Notes: a model not told the origin generated them from the sequence alone. A DNA stretch of 63,745 bases, filler included, from Octopus bimaculoides (GCF_001194135.2; 8 parts of 6 records of this genome joined end to end with filler, not necessarily neighbours in it), one strand, 5' to 3'. Positions 11,326 through 24,263 are shown, counted from the whole stretch's first letter. Program-made: numbers and translations.

Positions 11326-12195
11326 ATTGGTCTGAAAATATATGAAGAAGAGAAAATAAAATAAAATTGAATGCTGAATCTGTAAAAGAGACAAAAATTA
11401 AAAGTTGAAATAGTTTGTGATTAGATTAANNNNNNNNNNNNNNNNNNNNNNNNNNNNNNNNNNNNNNNNNNNNNNNNNNNNNNNNNNNNNNNNNNNNNNN
11501 NNNNNNNNNNNNNNNNNNNNNNNNNNNNNNNNNNNNNNNNNNNNNNNNNNNNNNNNNNNNNNNNNNNNNNNNNNNNNNNNNNNNNNNNNNNNNNNNNNNN
11601 NNNNNNNNNNNNNNNNNNNNNNNNNNNNNNNNNNNNNNNNNNNNNNNNNNNNNNNNNNNNNNNNNNNNNNNNNNNNNNNNNNNNNNNNNNNNNNNNNNNN
11701 NNNNNNNNNNNNNNNNNNNNNNNNNNNNNNNNNNNNNNNNNNNNNNNNNNNNNNNNNNNNNNNNNNNNNNNNNNNNNNNNNNNNNNNNNNNNNNNNNNNN
11801 NNNNNNNNNNNNNNNNNNNNNNNNNNNNNNNNNNNNNNNNNNNNNNNNNNNNNNNNNNNNNNNNNNNNNNNNNNNNNNNNNNNNNNNNNNNNNNNNNNNN
11901 NNNNNNNNNNNNNNNNNNNNNNNNNNNNNNNNNNNNNNNNNNNNNNNNNNNNNNNNNNNNNNNNNNNNNNNNNNNNNNNNNNNNNNNNNNNNNNNNNNNN
12001 NNNNNNNNNNNNNNNNNNNNNNNNNNNNNNNNNNNNNNNNNNNNNNNNNNNNNNNNNNNNNNNNNNNNNNNNNNNNNNNNNNNNNNNNNNNNNNNNNNNN
12101 NNNNNNNNNNNNNNNNNNNNNNNNNNNNNNNNNNNNNNNNNNNNNNNNNNNNNNNNNNNNNNNNNNNNNNNNNNNNNNNNNNNNNNNNNNNNNNA

Positions 12196-12438
12196 TTGAA
12201 AGTAGCCCGTCGTATATATGTATATATATATATGTATGTGTGTTTGTGTTTGTCCCAACCACCATCGCTTGACAACCGATGTTGGTGTGTTTACGTCCCC
12301 GTAACTTAGCGGTTCGGCAAAAAGAGAAACGATAGAATAAGTACTAGGCTTCCAAAGAATAAATCCTGGGGGTCGATTTGCTCGACTAAAGGCGGTGCTC
12401 CAGCATGGCCGCAGTCAAATGACTGAAGCATGTAAAAC
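12196..12438 (+). mobile_element. SINE family B, internal microsatellite plus 3' half
   Basis: gcccgtcgtatatatg...catcgcttgacaaccgatgttggtgtgtttacgtccccgtaacttagcggttcggc...ggccgcagtcaaatgactg. Confidence 0.85.
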
Positions 12439-12622
12439 TGAAACAATTCATTTTAATCGGCGGGTCGATAACCAAAGGGAAATAACTAGAGGTATGCAAA
12501 CACGCCTCGGACTACGTAGTCCATGGGAGATAACTGTATCATAGTGGAGGTATCAGTAATACGGTCTAAAAGAGATAACTGTACTGTATGTAGGGGAACA
12601 TAGAGTGTTTCCTAATCAAAGC

Positions 12623-13085
12623 ACAACTGACATAGCCTGGCCATGTGGTACCCATAGAAGTTACTCGCTTAACCAAAGCCCTCTTCTATGGCCAGCAAAG
12701 CTCTGGANNNNNNNNNNACAACTGACATAGCCTGGCCATGTGGTACCCATAGAAGTTACTCGCTTAACCAAAGCCCTCTTCTATGGCCAGCAAAGCTCTG
12801 GATGCAGACACCAAGGCTACCCACTACTCCGATATAAGAACACTCTAAGGACCTGCTTGTAAACCTGAAAAATAAACCTGAAGACATGGGAATCGGTAGA
12901 ACTAAACAGAGCTTAGCGAAGAAACTCTTATTAACAAGGCATCACCGATTTTGAGACAGCCAGGATCGACACCCTGAAGGAGAAGAGAGCCAGATCCAAT
13001 CTACTCCCTAGATGATGGCGACCACCACTGCAACGTCTACAACAAGATTTGCTGATCCGGGGACAAATCGATATTCCCATATTTA
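12623..13085 (+). mobile_element. Old RTE-type LINE ORF2 C-terminal fragment
   Basis: QLT*PGHVVPIEVTRLTKALFYGQQSSGCRHQGYPLLRYKNTL resembles the W.GHV.RM...RlPK..lYG.L..G.R..GRP.LRYKD motif. The first 85 bp are duplicated across a 10-N gap. Confidence 0.7.
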
Positions 13086-13240
13086 ACGCAACAAAACAGT
13101 GAACAGAATACAAGGGAGACGACTCTAGTGTCGCTTAAGGGAATTATATTAATCTAAGAAAGATAATCATACTTTTTTTTGTCTTGAGAAGCTATTTCCG
13201 TGGTTTTGTTTGAATGTTGGCTCTTCATGTTATTGTTTGT

Positions 13241-13631
13241 GGAGGCGCAATGGCCTAGTGGTTAGGGCAGCGGACTCGCGGTCATAGGATCGCGGTTTCG
13301 ATTCCCAGACCGGGCGTTGTGAGTGTTTATTGAGCGAAAACACCTAAAGCCCCACGAGGCTCCCGACNNNNNNNNNNNNNNNNNNNNNNNNNNNNNNNNN
13401 NNNNNNNNNNNNNNNNNNNNNNTACTCTTTCACCACAGCTTTCTCTCACTCTTACTTGTTGTGCCTGTAATTCAAAGGGTCAGCCTTGTCACACTCCGTG
13501 TCACGCTGAATATCCCCGAGAACTACATTAAGGGTACACGTGTCTGTGGAGTGCTCATGAGCAGGCTGTTCCGTTGATCGGATCAACTGGAACCCTCGAC
13601 GTCGTAAGCGACGGAGCGCCAACAACAACAA
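13241..13631 (+). mobile_element. SINE family A, full length with internal gap
   Basis: Head ggaggcgcaatggcctagtggttagggcagcggactcgcggtc; 9 bp TSD catgttatt at 13226-13234 and 13632-13640. Confidence 0.92.
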
Positions 13632-14154
13632 CATGTTATTATTTATCGCAGGTTCGGCCTCATTCTGTGGCCATCATCGTGTCTCCGCCAACGTGCTTTC
13701 CTTTTTCTAACTCTAAGAGAGAATTTACTATTTACAAAGGATTGTGGGATCACATAAGGACTTACTTGTTGGGTCATCGGTCTTGTTGTTGTTGTTGTCG
13801 TAATTACCGTCGTCGTTGTTGTTGTTGCAGCTGATAATGATAATGAAGATTGTGATGACGATGATGACGGTGGTGATGCTGCTGTTGATGAGGACGATGG
13901 TAATGATGATGAAGATGATGATAATGGTGGTGGTGGTGGTGATGCTGCTGCTGATGATGATGGGGGTTTAATGATCAAATGCATTCCAACCGTGATTCTT
14001 TAGTAGAACCTAGGACTAGATTATATAATATGTCCTTTCTGAGGACGGCAGAGAATAATTTAAGGGTGATCCGGCTGCTATCACTAGCAGACTCTGTTTA
14101 TATGAGGACTTCACTGAACTACAATCGGACCCCTAAGTCCCTTTGTCTCTGTTT

Positions 14155-14203
<49 letters not shown>

Positions 14204-14224
14204 GTCAAAATTTGAAATATATGT

Positions 14225-14255
<31 letters not shown>

Positions 14256-14268
14256 CATATATATTGGT

Positions 14269-14337
14269 GGAGGCGCAATGGCCCAGTGGTTAGGGCAGTG
14301 GACTCGCGGTTTCGATTCCCAGACCGGAATCGAAACC
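14269..14337 (+). mobile_element. SINE family A head with internal deletion and snap-back inversion
   Basis: Lacks the segment between the two tcgcggt repeats; ggtttcgattcc (14308-14319) is followed by its reverse complement ggaatcgaaacc (14326-14337). Confidence 0.8.
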
Positions 14338-14479
14338 TTTTTCATATCCTGACTATTCAATGTATGTGGCTGAGTATTCCGTAAGCATATATACCCTTAA
14401 AGTAAATTTGAAGCAGAACCAGTATGGTACTGTATAAAGCAAGTGCGGACCTTCGAATTACAGCTAAAATCCATACGAT

Positions 14480-14630
14480 AGGCTTCGCATAGTTTCCGTT
14501 TCCCCATTTCACCGACAAGGCCCAGGTTAATCCGAGATTAATATAAAAGATAGTGGAACTAGATGACACGAGCAGACATCGAACCCGAAACCTCACAAGT
14601 GCAACCTGAACTTCTTCGCTTCGCCACCAT
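14480..14630 (-). mobile_element. Old SINE family B-like 5' half
   Basis: ggcttcgcatagtttccgtttccccatttcaccgacaaggc...gaacccgaaacc aligns loosely to the family B head region. Confidence 0.5.
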
Positions 14631-14739
14631 GCATATGTATATATACGCCCATATATGCATATGTATATATAGATACATATACAATCATACACACATACAT
14701 ACATACGAACATGCATACGTACATACGTATATTCATACA

Positions 14740-14780
<41 letters not shown>

Positions 14781-14880
14781 NNNNNNNNNNNNNNNNNNNN
14801 NNNNNNNNNNNNNNNNNNNNNNNNNNNNNNNNNNNNNNNNNNNNNNNNNNNNNNNNNNNNNNNNNNNNNNNNNNNNNNNN

Positions 14881-14919
<39 letters not shown>

Positions 14920-15270
14920 CAACAATAATGTCAATTTCAAATTTTTGACAAAATTTTGTTCCCCAAGCTGAAGGAGAAGAAGGAGGCTGTGACAAGGGTC
15001 CGGCACACCTTCACTTCGGAGGTCTTCCAAAGGGACCCGCGCGAAGTGGCCCACATGTGCACTGCAGTCAGAAAATCCTACTTTGATGGAGATTACAGTT
15101 TTGTACGTCTTTGAAATTAACGAATGTCTCTCCTGAAAAATCTCAAAGGAATAATCCTTACATACATACATACATACATACATGCACACATAGACATACA
15201 TACATACATACATACACACATACATGCATGCACACATAGACATACATACACACATACACATATATGTATG

Positions 15271-15302
<32 letters not shown>

Positions 15303-16251
15303 TATGTATNNNNNNNNNNNNNNNNNNNNNNNNNNNNNNNNNNNNNNNNNNNNNNNNNNNNNNNNNNNNNNNNNNNNNNNNNNNNNNNNNNNNNNNNNNN
15401 NNNNNNNNNNNNNNNNNNNNNNNNNNNNNNNNNNNNNNNNNNNNNNNNNNNNNNNNNNNNNNNNNNNNNNNNNNNNNNNNNNNNNNNNNNNNNNNNNNNN
15501 NNNNNNNNNNNNNNNNNNNNNNNNNNNNNNNNNNNNNNNNNNNNNNNNNNNNNNNNNNNNNNNNNNNNNNNNNNNNNNNNNNNNNNNNNNNNNNNNNNNN
15601 NNNNNNNNNNNNNNNNNNNNNNNNNNNNNNNNNNNNNNNNNNNNNNNNNNNNNNNNNNNNNNNNNNNNNNNNNNNNNNNNNNNNNNNNNNNNNNNNNNNN
15701 NNNNNNNNNNNNNNNNNNNNNNNNNNNNNNNNNNNNNNNNNNNNNNNNNNNNNNNNNNNNNNNNNNNNNNNNNNNNNNNNNNNNNNNNNNNNNNNNNNNN
15801 NNNNNNNNNNNNNNNNNNNNNNNNNNNNNNNNNNNNNNNNNNNNNNNNNNNNNNNNNNNNNNNNNNNNNNNNNNNNNNNNNNNNNNNNNNNNNNNNNNNN
15901 NNNNNNNNNNNNNNNNNNNNNNNNNNNNNNNNNNNNNNNNNNNNNNNNNNNNNNNNNNNNNNNNNNNNNNNNNNNNNNNNNNNNNNNNNNNNNNNNNNNN
16001 NNNNNNNNNNNNNNNNNNNNNNNNNNNNNNNNNNNNNNNNNNNNNNNNNNNNNNNNNNNNNNNNNNNNNNNNNNNNNNNNNNNNNNNNNNTGTTATTACT
16101 ATTTCTGACAAGACGTGTGTTCGCTCGTCCCGATCACGTGGTCGATTTGCTGGTGTAAACGAACGATTCTTTTTTTCTTATATCTCTTCTGGATTATTTC
16201 ATCTGCAAACAATTGCGCCAACGATGTGTGTGTGCGCGTGCTGTGCGTGTG

Positions 16252-16287
<36 letters not shown>

Positions 16288-18053
16288 GTGTGTGTGCGTG
16301 TGTGTATGGAGGGATGGAGGGAGGTATCTGTTGTCTGTTACATTTTGTGGAAGATTTCAAAAGTTCATCTTTAACATTAATTTTACAATTGGTCTTGTCT
16401 GCTTTGTAAACATGGCTACTCGAAAGAAAATGGCCAGACACAAATGTACGAATCAGCAGTCCTCACAAGCGAATATAAAAACAAACAAACAAAAGGAACA
16501 TAAGATATACAAATATTCAAAACGATCAAAACGGTAGTGGTGGTGGTGGTGGTGGTGGTGGTGGTAGTGGTTTTGGGGTGTGGGAATACTCTTTAACAGT
16601 AAATTACAAAATTGTTGAGAATATTTTAAAAGGCCCTAAAAAGACACGACAACAAGAATAATAATAACAATAATAAGCATATACTTCAATTACTGAGAAA
16701 AATTATTATTGACATTTCAGCGGAAAGGAGCAAGATTGTAAACAATACATGTGATAACGACAAAAACTGCAGCACTCGCACACATCATCAAATATAAGTG
16801 TTTTGAATCCCTCTCTTAGAAAGCGTATTGTGAAGCAAAAGGGATTGGATATGGAATATTTGAGTATCGAAATTACTACATGGTAAAATTGTGTAACAAA
16901 AGCCGGTGTTTCTTTGCCTGAAGCTCTTATAAGTGAAGGCTTATCTATGCTTTTTCCAAAGCTACAAGGGTTTATCACGTGCCTTCCAAAGTATAATTAG
17001 TGGCAGCTCTAGAGTAAAATGTCCTGCATGGAGACAGGTTGGGTGTATGGTACGATGTTTAATGTTCCTAAGACTGAAGTGGGGAGACAAGAGCACGTGC
17101 TCATTTGCTACAATACACAAGTGCTCACGAGTTGATTTCAAAGTATTTGAGACGGACGAATACGCGAGTCGCCAAAAAAGCAACTGTTGCGATGTCGATC
17201 TTTGGTTTAGGATCACTCTTGTGGTACAATTGTTAGATGATCAGGTAGAGTTCACGTTTATTTCTTCGGTAAAATCCATATGATATCTGTGATAATGTTC
17301 ATTCCGTCCTCCTCTTCCTCCTCCTCCATCAACATCATCATCGTCATCGTCATCGTCACCACCACCACCACCACCACCACCACCACTACCACCACCACCA
17401 CCAACAACACCACCACNNNNNNNNNNNNNNNNNNNNNNNNNNNNNNNNNNNNNNNNNNNNNNNNNNNNNNNNNNNNNNNNNNNNNNNNNNNNNNNNNNNN
17501 NNNNNNNNNNNNNNNNNNNNNNNNNNNNNNNNNNNNNNNNNNNNNNNNNNNNNNNNNNNNNNNNNNNNNNNNNNNNNNNNNNNNNNNNNNNNNNNNNNNN
17601 NNNNNNNNNNNNNNNNNNNNNNNNNNNNNNNNNNNNNNNNNNNNNNNNNNNNNNNNNNNNNNNNNNNNNNNNNNNNNNNNNNNNNNNNNNNNNNNNNNNN
17701 NNNNNNNNNNNNNNNNNNNNNNNNNNNNNNNNNNNNNNNNNNNNNNNNNNNNNNNNNNNNNNNNNNNNNNNNNNNNNNNNNNNNNNNNNNNNNNNNNNNN
17801 NNNNNNNNNNNNNNNNNNNNNNNNNNNNNNNNNNNNNNNNNNNNNNNNNNNNNNNNNNNNNNNNNNNNNNNNNNNNNNNNNNNNNNNNNNNNNNNNNNNN
17901 NNNNNNNNNNNNNNNNNNNNNNNNNNNNNNNNNNNNNNNNNNNNNNNNNNNNNNNNNNNNNNNNNNNNNNNNNNNNNNNNNNNNNNNNNNNNNNNNNNNN
18001 NNNNNNNNNNNNNNNNNNNNNNNNNNNNNNNNNNNNNNNNNNNNNNNNNNNNN

Positions 18054-18212
18054 ATTATATCGACCCCAGTGCGTAACTGGTACTTATTTAATCGACCCCG
18101 AAAGGATGAAAGGCAAAGTCGATCTCGGCGGAATTTGAACTCAGAACGTAGCGGGCAGACGAAATACCGCTAAGCATTTCGCCCGGTGTGCTAACGGTTC
18201 TGGCAGCTCGCT
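18054..18212 (-). mobile_element. SINE family C, gap-truncated
   Basis: Near-identical to 7050-7200. Confidence 0.85.
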
Positions 18213-18706
18213 GTGTGTGTATGTGTGTGTGTGTATGTGTATGTGTGTATGTGTGTGTGTGTAGGTGTGTGTATGTGTGTGTATGTGTATGTGTGTGTGT
18301 GTATGTGTGTGTGTATGTGTGTGTATGTGTGTGTGTATGTGTGTGTATGTGCGTGTATGTGTGTGTGTGTATGTGTGTGTATGTGTGTGTGTATGTGTGT
18401 ATGTGTGTGTGTGTGTGTGTATGTGTGTGTGTGTGTGTTATCATTCTTTTAAGGATTGCAGTGATTAAGAAACACGAGACGTGAAAAATGGTTTGAGTTT
18501 AAATAAAAGTATATATTTATGTGTGTGTATGTACACACACACATATATGTATGTGTGTATGTTTACATATACACATAGACAAAAATCCTATCCCCACACG
18601 CCTTATTTACCCAAAGGAGATAAACATACATTCATATATATATATGTTGTTGTACTTGGGGATGGTCATATTGCCAGTTTAGCCAATAAACTAAATATAT
18701 AAACGG

Positions 18707-18772
<66 letters not shown>

Positions 18773-18841
18773 ACGCGCGCACATATGCGTGAGCGAACGC
18801 ATATAAACTGATCGTACACTTTTAAGCAGGCAAATGAATTA

Positions 18842-19218
18842 TACAGTAAAACCCCGCAGTACGAGTGCCCCATTGTACGAGTAAATTGCTGTACGGGCCG
18901 AGACCCGTCCGGAAATCCGCAGCACGATCACACAACACATCCCCTCTTTAAGGTCAATCAGTTAATAAAACCAGTTTACATATTTCTTTTGCATTCTGTT
19001 TTTTTTTTTATAATTGTCATTTTACTTGTAACTACACTTTTTCCCGTTTTTAAAACCCATAAAATATTATTTTTGAGTGGTTTTTAGGGGACTGGAATAG
19101 ATGGATTAATTATATTTTAGTTAATTTCAATGGAGAAAATTGATTTGTAAAAATTGTAAATCGTAAGACGAGCTCAATCATGGAATGAATTAAACTCGTA
19201 CTGCGAAGTATTACTGTA
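18842..19218. mobile_element. Tc1/mariner-pogo (Tigger-like) MITE
   Basis: TA-CAGTAAAACCCCGCAGTACGAGT at the left and ACTCGTACTGCGAAGTATTACTG-TA at the right; TA duplication. Confidence 0.75.
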
Positions 19219-19255
19219 CTTCTATATGCGCACAAGCATGTGTTTATGCATGTAA

Positions 19256-19289
<34 letters not shown>

Positions 19290-19910
19290 TGTATACATNN
19301 NNNNNNNNNNNNNNNNNNNNNNNNNNNNNNNNNNNNNNNNNNNNNNNNNNNNNNNNNNNNNNNNNNNNNNNNNNNNNNNNNNNNNNNNNNNNNNNNNNNN
19401 NNNNNNNNNNNNNNNNNNNNNNNNNNNNNNNNNNNNNNNNNNNNNNNNNNNNNNNNNNNNNNNNNNNNNNNNNNNNNNNNNNNNNNNNNNNNNNNNNNNN
19501 NNNNNNNNNNNNNNNNNNNNNNNNNNNNNNNNNNNNNNNNNNNNNNNNNNNNNNNNNNNNNNNNNNNNNNNNNNNNNNNNNNNNNNNNNNNNNNNNNNNN
19601 NNNNNNNNNNNNNNNNNNNNNNNNNNNNNNNNNNNNNNNNNNNNNNNNNNNNNNNNNNNNNNNNNNNNNNNNNNNNNNNNNNNNNNNNNNNNNNNNNNNN
19701 NNNNNNNNNNNNNNNNNNNNNNNNNNNNNNNNNNNNNNNNNNNNNNNNNNNNNNNNNNNNNNNNNNNNNNNNNNNNNNNNNNNNNNNNNNNNNNNNNNNN
19801 NNNNNNNNNNNNNNNNNNNNNNNNNNNNNNNNNNNNNNNNNNNNNNNNNNNNNNNNNNNNNNNNNNNNNNNNNNNNNNNNNNNNNNNNNNNNNNNNNNNN
19901 NNNNNNNNNN

Positions 19911-19942
<32 letters not shown>

Positions 19943-20179
19943 AGTGTGTGTGTGGCAAATGATTATTTAATACTGGTCGCTGTATAGTATCTCTCTCACA
20001 AGAATAAATGTGTAAATACATACATACACACATTACATAAATACATACACACATTACATTCATACATACATTATATACATACATACACATACGCACACAT
20101 ATACACGCATATATGCATACACAAAGAGTAAAGGGTAAAGGCCACATCGGGTCATGAATGACCATGGGATTGCACCTAC

Positions 20180-20275
20180 GGTCATTTATGGAAGAAGACA
20201 CTTGCCCAGGGCGCTGCAAAGTGAGTTGGAACCCAAAATCCAGTGGCTGCAAAGCAAGATTCTAAACCATACAAC
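20180..20275 (-). mobile_element. Old SINE family B head fragment
   Basis: agaagacacttgcccagggcgctgc...gaacccaaaatccagtggctgcaaagcaag. Confidence 0.6.
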
Positions 20276-20283
20276 TAATATAC

Positions 20284-20320
<37 letters not shown>

Positions 20321-20420
20321 NNNNNNNNNNNNNNNNNNNNNNNNNNNNNNNNNNNNNNNNNNNNTTAATTAATTAANNNNNNNNNNNNNNNNNNNNNNNN
20401 NNNNNNNNNNNNNNNNNNNN

Positions 20421-20459
<39 letters not shown>

Positions 20460-21737
20460 ATATATATATATACTCACACACACGTACGCACATGCACACA
20501 CACATACACACACATATATACACACATACATATACACACACACATATATACACATACACACGTATGTACATACACACACACACATATATATATATAGACA
20601 CACACATAAATGCACACACATACAAACACACATACACACATACATATATATGTCTACACATACATACAGCAGAGCGTTATATAACAATCTGTCAGTGTCG
20701 AGAATGACCAGTGGAAGAATTCTGCGTTTTGGACAAGAAGTCTGGTCACGTCCACGATGCAAGACAAGCAGAGCAGTGTGACGTGGACGGTGGCGATGGT
20801 GCTGGTGAAAAAGGATTTCCATAACCTCCTTAGGGGCTTACTTGTTCATTGGCTAAATTTTAAGGTAGCGTCCAGATAAGCTAATGGCGGCTGGTTTGAG
20901 AACAGATGTTGTGCATGGAGTAGAATACAGTATAGGCTGTAGATTAATATCTGTGGTGGGAGGGAACGGTGTAGAGTATGAGTGGTGGTTGTAGTTGTGG
21001 TGGTTATGAGGGGTAAGTCGTGGTTGTGGTTGTGATTATGTNNNNNNNNNNNNNNNNNNNNNNNNNNNNNNNNNNNNNNNNNNNNNNNNNNNNNNNNNNN
21101 NNNNNNNNNNNNNNNNNNNNNNNNNNNNNNNNNNNNNNNNNNNNNNNNNNNNNNNNNNNNNNNNNNNNNNNNNNNNNNNNNNNNNNNNNNNNNNNNNNNN
21201 NNNNNNNNNNNNNNNNNNNNNNNNNNNNNNNNNNNNNNNNNNNNNNNNNNNNNNNNNNNNNNNNNNNNNNNNNNNNNNNNNNNNNNNNNNNNNNNNNNNN
21301 NNNNNNNNNNNNNNNNNNNNNNNNNNNNNNNNNNNNNNNNNNNNNNNNNNNNNNNNNNNNNNNNNNNNNNNNNNNNNNNNNNNNNNNNNNNNNNNNNNNN
21401 NNNNNNNNNNNNNNNNNNNNNNNNNNNNNNNNNNNNNNNNNNNNNNNNNNNNNNNNNNNNNNNNNNNNNNNNNNNNNNNNNNNNNNNNNNNNNNNNNNNN
21501 NNNNNNNNNNNNNNNNNNNNNNNNNNNNNNNNNNNNNNNNNNNNNNNNNNNNNNNNNNNNNNNNNNNNNNNNNNNNNNNNNNNNNNNNNNNNNNNNNNNN
21601 NNNNNNNNNNNNNNNNNNNNNNNNNNNNNNNNNNNNNNNNNNNNNNNNNNNNNNNNNNNNNNNNNNNNNNNNNNNNNNNNNNNNNNNNNNNNNNNNNNNN
21701 NNNNNNNNNNNNNNNNNNNNNNNNNNNNNNNNNNNNN

Positions 21738-21790
<53 letters not shown>

Positions 21791-22124
21791 GATGCGGGAT
21801 GCCGTGAAGGAATGGTAGGTCAGTGGAGAAAGTGTAGGTAAGTTTGCTGTATGTGTTGTTAATATCTTGAGTAAGGGTCAGATTAAGTTTCTGGAGGTGT
21901 GCGGATCAGAACAGGTGATCGTGTGATTGAAAATGACAACGGGAGGGGTTAATAGGAACCTTTGGATAAGATAGGGGTTTATTTGGGGGGGGTATGGTGG
22001 GGTGAGGGTGACAGCTAAGGGTTTGGCGGACGGCTGAGTATAAGTTTGAGCAGGAAGTGATAATGGACGATGGAAGGATCGGAAAACCCGAATAATGGGG
22101 AGGTAGGAACCTGTGGGAAAAAGG

Positions 22125-22158
<34 letters not shown>

Positions 22159-22957
22159 CAGAAACATACATACACATATATATATACATGTATACGCACA
22201 TGTATATAAATATATTTATTTATTTGTGGCGGATGAGAATGGATTAATGTAAGGTATGAAAATATTGATGTCCTGTCCTGAGGTAGGAATTTGTGGGTAA
22301 AGGGAAGATTTAGACTTAAAGGGTGTGATAAAGATAAATTCGAAAGTCAGTGTAATTTATCTTTCTGGGTAGAAGGCGTTGATGAAATATGGAAGACATC
22401 TTTTTTAGATGTAGATTTTTTTTTCGATAAGTAATCCCTGCATACAGCCCTTTTAGCCATACCTTTCTTTTTATTTACAGACCGTTTTTAGCTATACCCT
22501 TTTCATGTATGAACCCTTTTATGTGTTAATGTTTTTATGTATAAATCATTTTATTTGTTAATCATACATTTTGTTGTAAAAGGATAGTTTTCTCCCTTGT
22601 ATTTAACGTCCATTGCTCAGAGGGCGCAACGTGTTCTCATAAGCGTTGTTGGTTTATTGTGGTTGCCATTGTTCTTTCGTCCCACGCCGGGCTTCATCGA
22701 GTTAATCTTTATTCGAAGGTGTTCCGACCATGGCTATTCCTGCTTTATTTTCTGACATAATATACACCAAGGTTACATTATCAAATATTTCTTCCGTTTA
22801 TATACACATTCAATTATATCACAAGGCACGTTTACCCTTAATGTAATTCACGGGCGGGATGTAATTCCGCGTGCTAGTTTATTCTAACCACAATTTTCAG
22901 GCCGAACCAGCATGCCACAATATATCAAAACTGAGCCCTTTGATTATGGGTTCAATC

Positions 22958-23035
<78 letters not shown>

Positions 23036-23109
23036 TAGAAAGAAAGAAAGAGAAAGAGAGAGAGAGGAAGCGGAGAGAAATAGAGAGGAGAATCAATGAC
23101 GGTACTAAG

Positions 23110-23240
23110 CTGATACTTTATGGACCCTAAGAAAATGAAAAGCAGCTTTGGCCTCGGGCGGGTTCGAACTCAAAATACAGAGAGTAATAGGAAAATCGCA
23201 AAATATTCTATTCATCGCTCTAACGATTCTACCAGTTTGC
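23110..23240 (-). mobile_element. Old SINE family C copy
   Basis: gaaaatgaaaagcagctttggcctcgggcgggttcgaactca...taacgattctaccagttt. Confidence 0.55.
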
Positions 23241-23526
23241 TGTATTTGGAATGTAGTAGACCACGACTTTATGTAACCGAATACAAGCAATGAACAAAAT
23301 CAGACATAACCGAGTGTTTAAGAACTTTACTTTGCGATCATCCGTTCCCGGGTTTCAAACCTGCTTGGTGGCACTTCAGAAACGTGTTTTTCCTTTGTAT
23401 TCTTTTTTTTTTTTACCCTATCCTCTGATTTGTGGAAACCGTGTGAATAGAACTGAGCAGACAGACACCCTATGGAAGTGTCGTCGGATAGATTGTACCT
23501 ACGTGTCTGTGGAATACTCGGCTGCG

Positions 23527-24066
23527 AAATTTTTTTTCCCACGAGAGTTCCGGATCCCAATTATGAACTCATTTGCATATAGCCAATCAGAGCTCAACTA
23601 TCAAACTAATTTCTAAGCACATAACAAGTGATGGGCGATAAGATATGGTCACTAGGGTAAGGAATGACCATGCTTCTTTTTAATAATGCTTCTTCATCTT
23701 GTTCTTGTTTCAACCATGGCGGCCTCTGCGTAGTTATTTGTGTTGTTGTTTACTTTCTAAAACAGTAAGGGGGGAGGGTTACCAGCACATAACCCTCTAC
23801 TCACATTTTTCTCATCCACATCTTTACCATATGGGGCCCTAACAAAATTCGATAATAGGTATAGATGCAAATCTATCTAATTACTTGTCTCCTTCTAAAA
23901 CCAGGCATGACTTGGCGATCGGTCGACTTACAACACGATTCTTTGTCTTGAGTTTACTCGGTAGAGTGTATTTGTTAACATGACAACAAGGTCAAGGTGA
24001 GCTCTGATTGGCTGTATGCAAATGAGTTCATTACTGGGGTCTGGAACTCTTGTGGGAAAAAATTTT
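23527..24066. mobile_element. MITE-like element with ~70 bp inverted repeats carrying an octamer and a CCAAT box
   Basis: aaattttttttcccacgagagttccggatcccaattatgaactcatttgcatatagccaatcagagctca (23527-23597) vs tgagctctgattggctgtatgcaaatgagttcattactggggtctggaactcttgtgggaaaaaatttt (23998-24066). Confidence 0.75.
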
Positions 24067-24109
24067 GCTACCCGGCTACTTATATCTTAATTCAATAAGA
24101 AAGCAGTTC

Positions 24110-24135
24110 AGTAATAGCAGTAGCAGTAGCAGTAA

Positions 24136-24185
<50 letters not shown>

Positions 24186-24221
24186 ATGGTAGTAGTAGTA
24201 GTAGTAGTGGTGGTGGTGGTG

Positions 24222-24263
<42 letters not shown>

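Noticed and set aside
12623-12802. Perfect 85 bp direct repeat (12623-12707 and 12718-12802)
   Set aside because: Identical copies flank a 10-N gap; typical unmerged contig overlap.
13241-13315. tRNA gene
   Set aside because: The tRNA-like sequence is the head of a multi-copy SINE with body, tail and TSD; no proper acceptor stem or terminator.
20700-20900. Decayed Penelope thumb (YLDATLKF, HRPRHT) on the minus strand
   Set aside because: Needs several frameshifts and the motifs are too short to separate from chance.
21842-22400. G-rich strand-skewed blocks (also 29150-29490, 38040-38230, 42040-42330) as genes
   Set aside because: No coherent ORF or motif; most likely very old LINE remnants that I cannot classify.
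22670-22712. Hammerhead-like CUCGAUGA-A-GCCC..GGGAC-GAAA on the minus strand
   Set aside because: Core has an insertion and there is no helix III, UH or stem I downstream.
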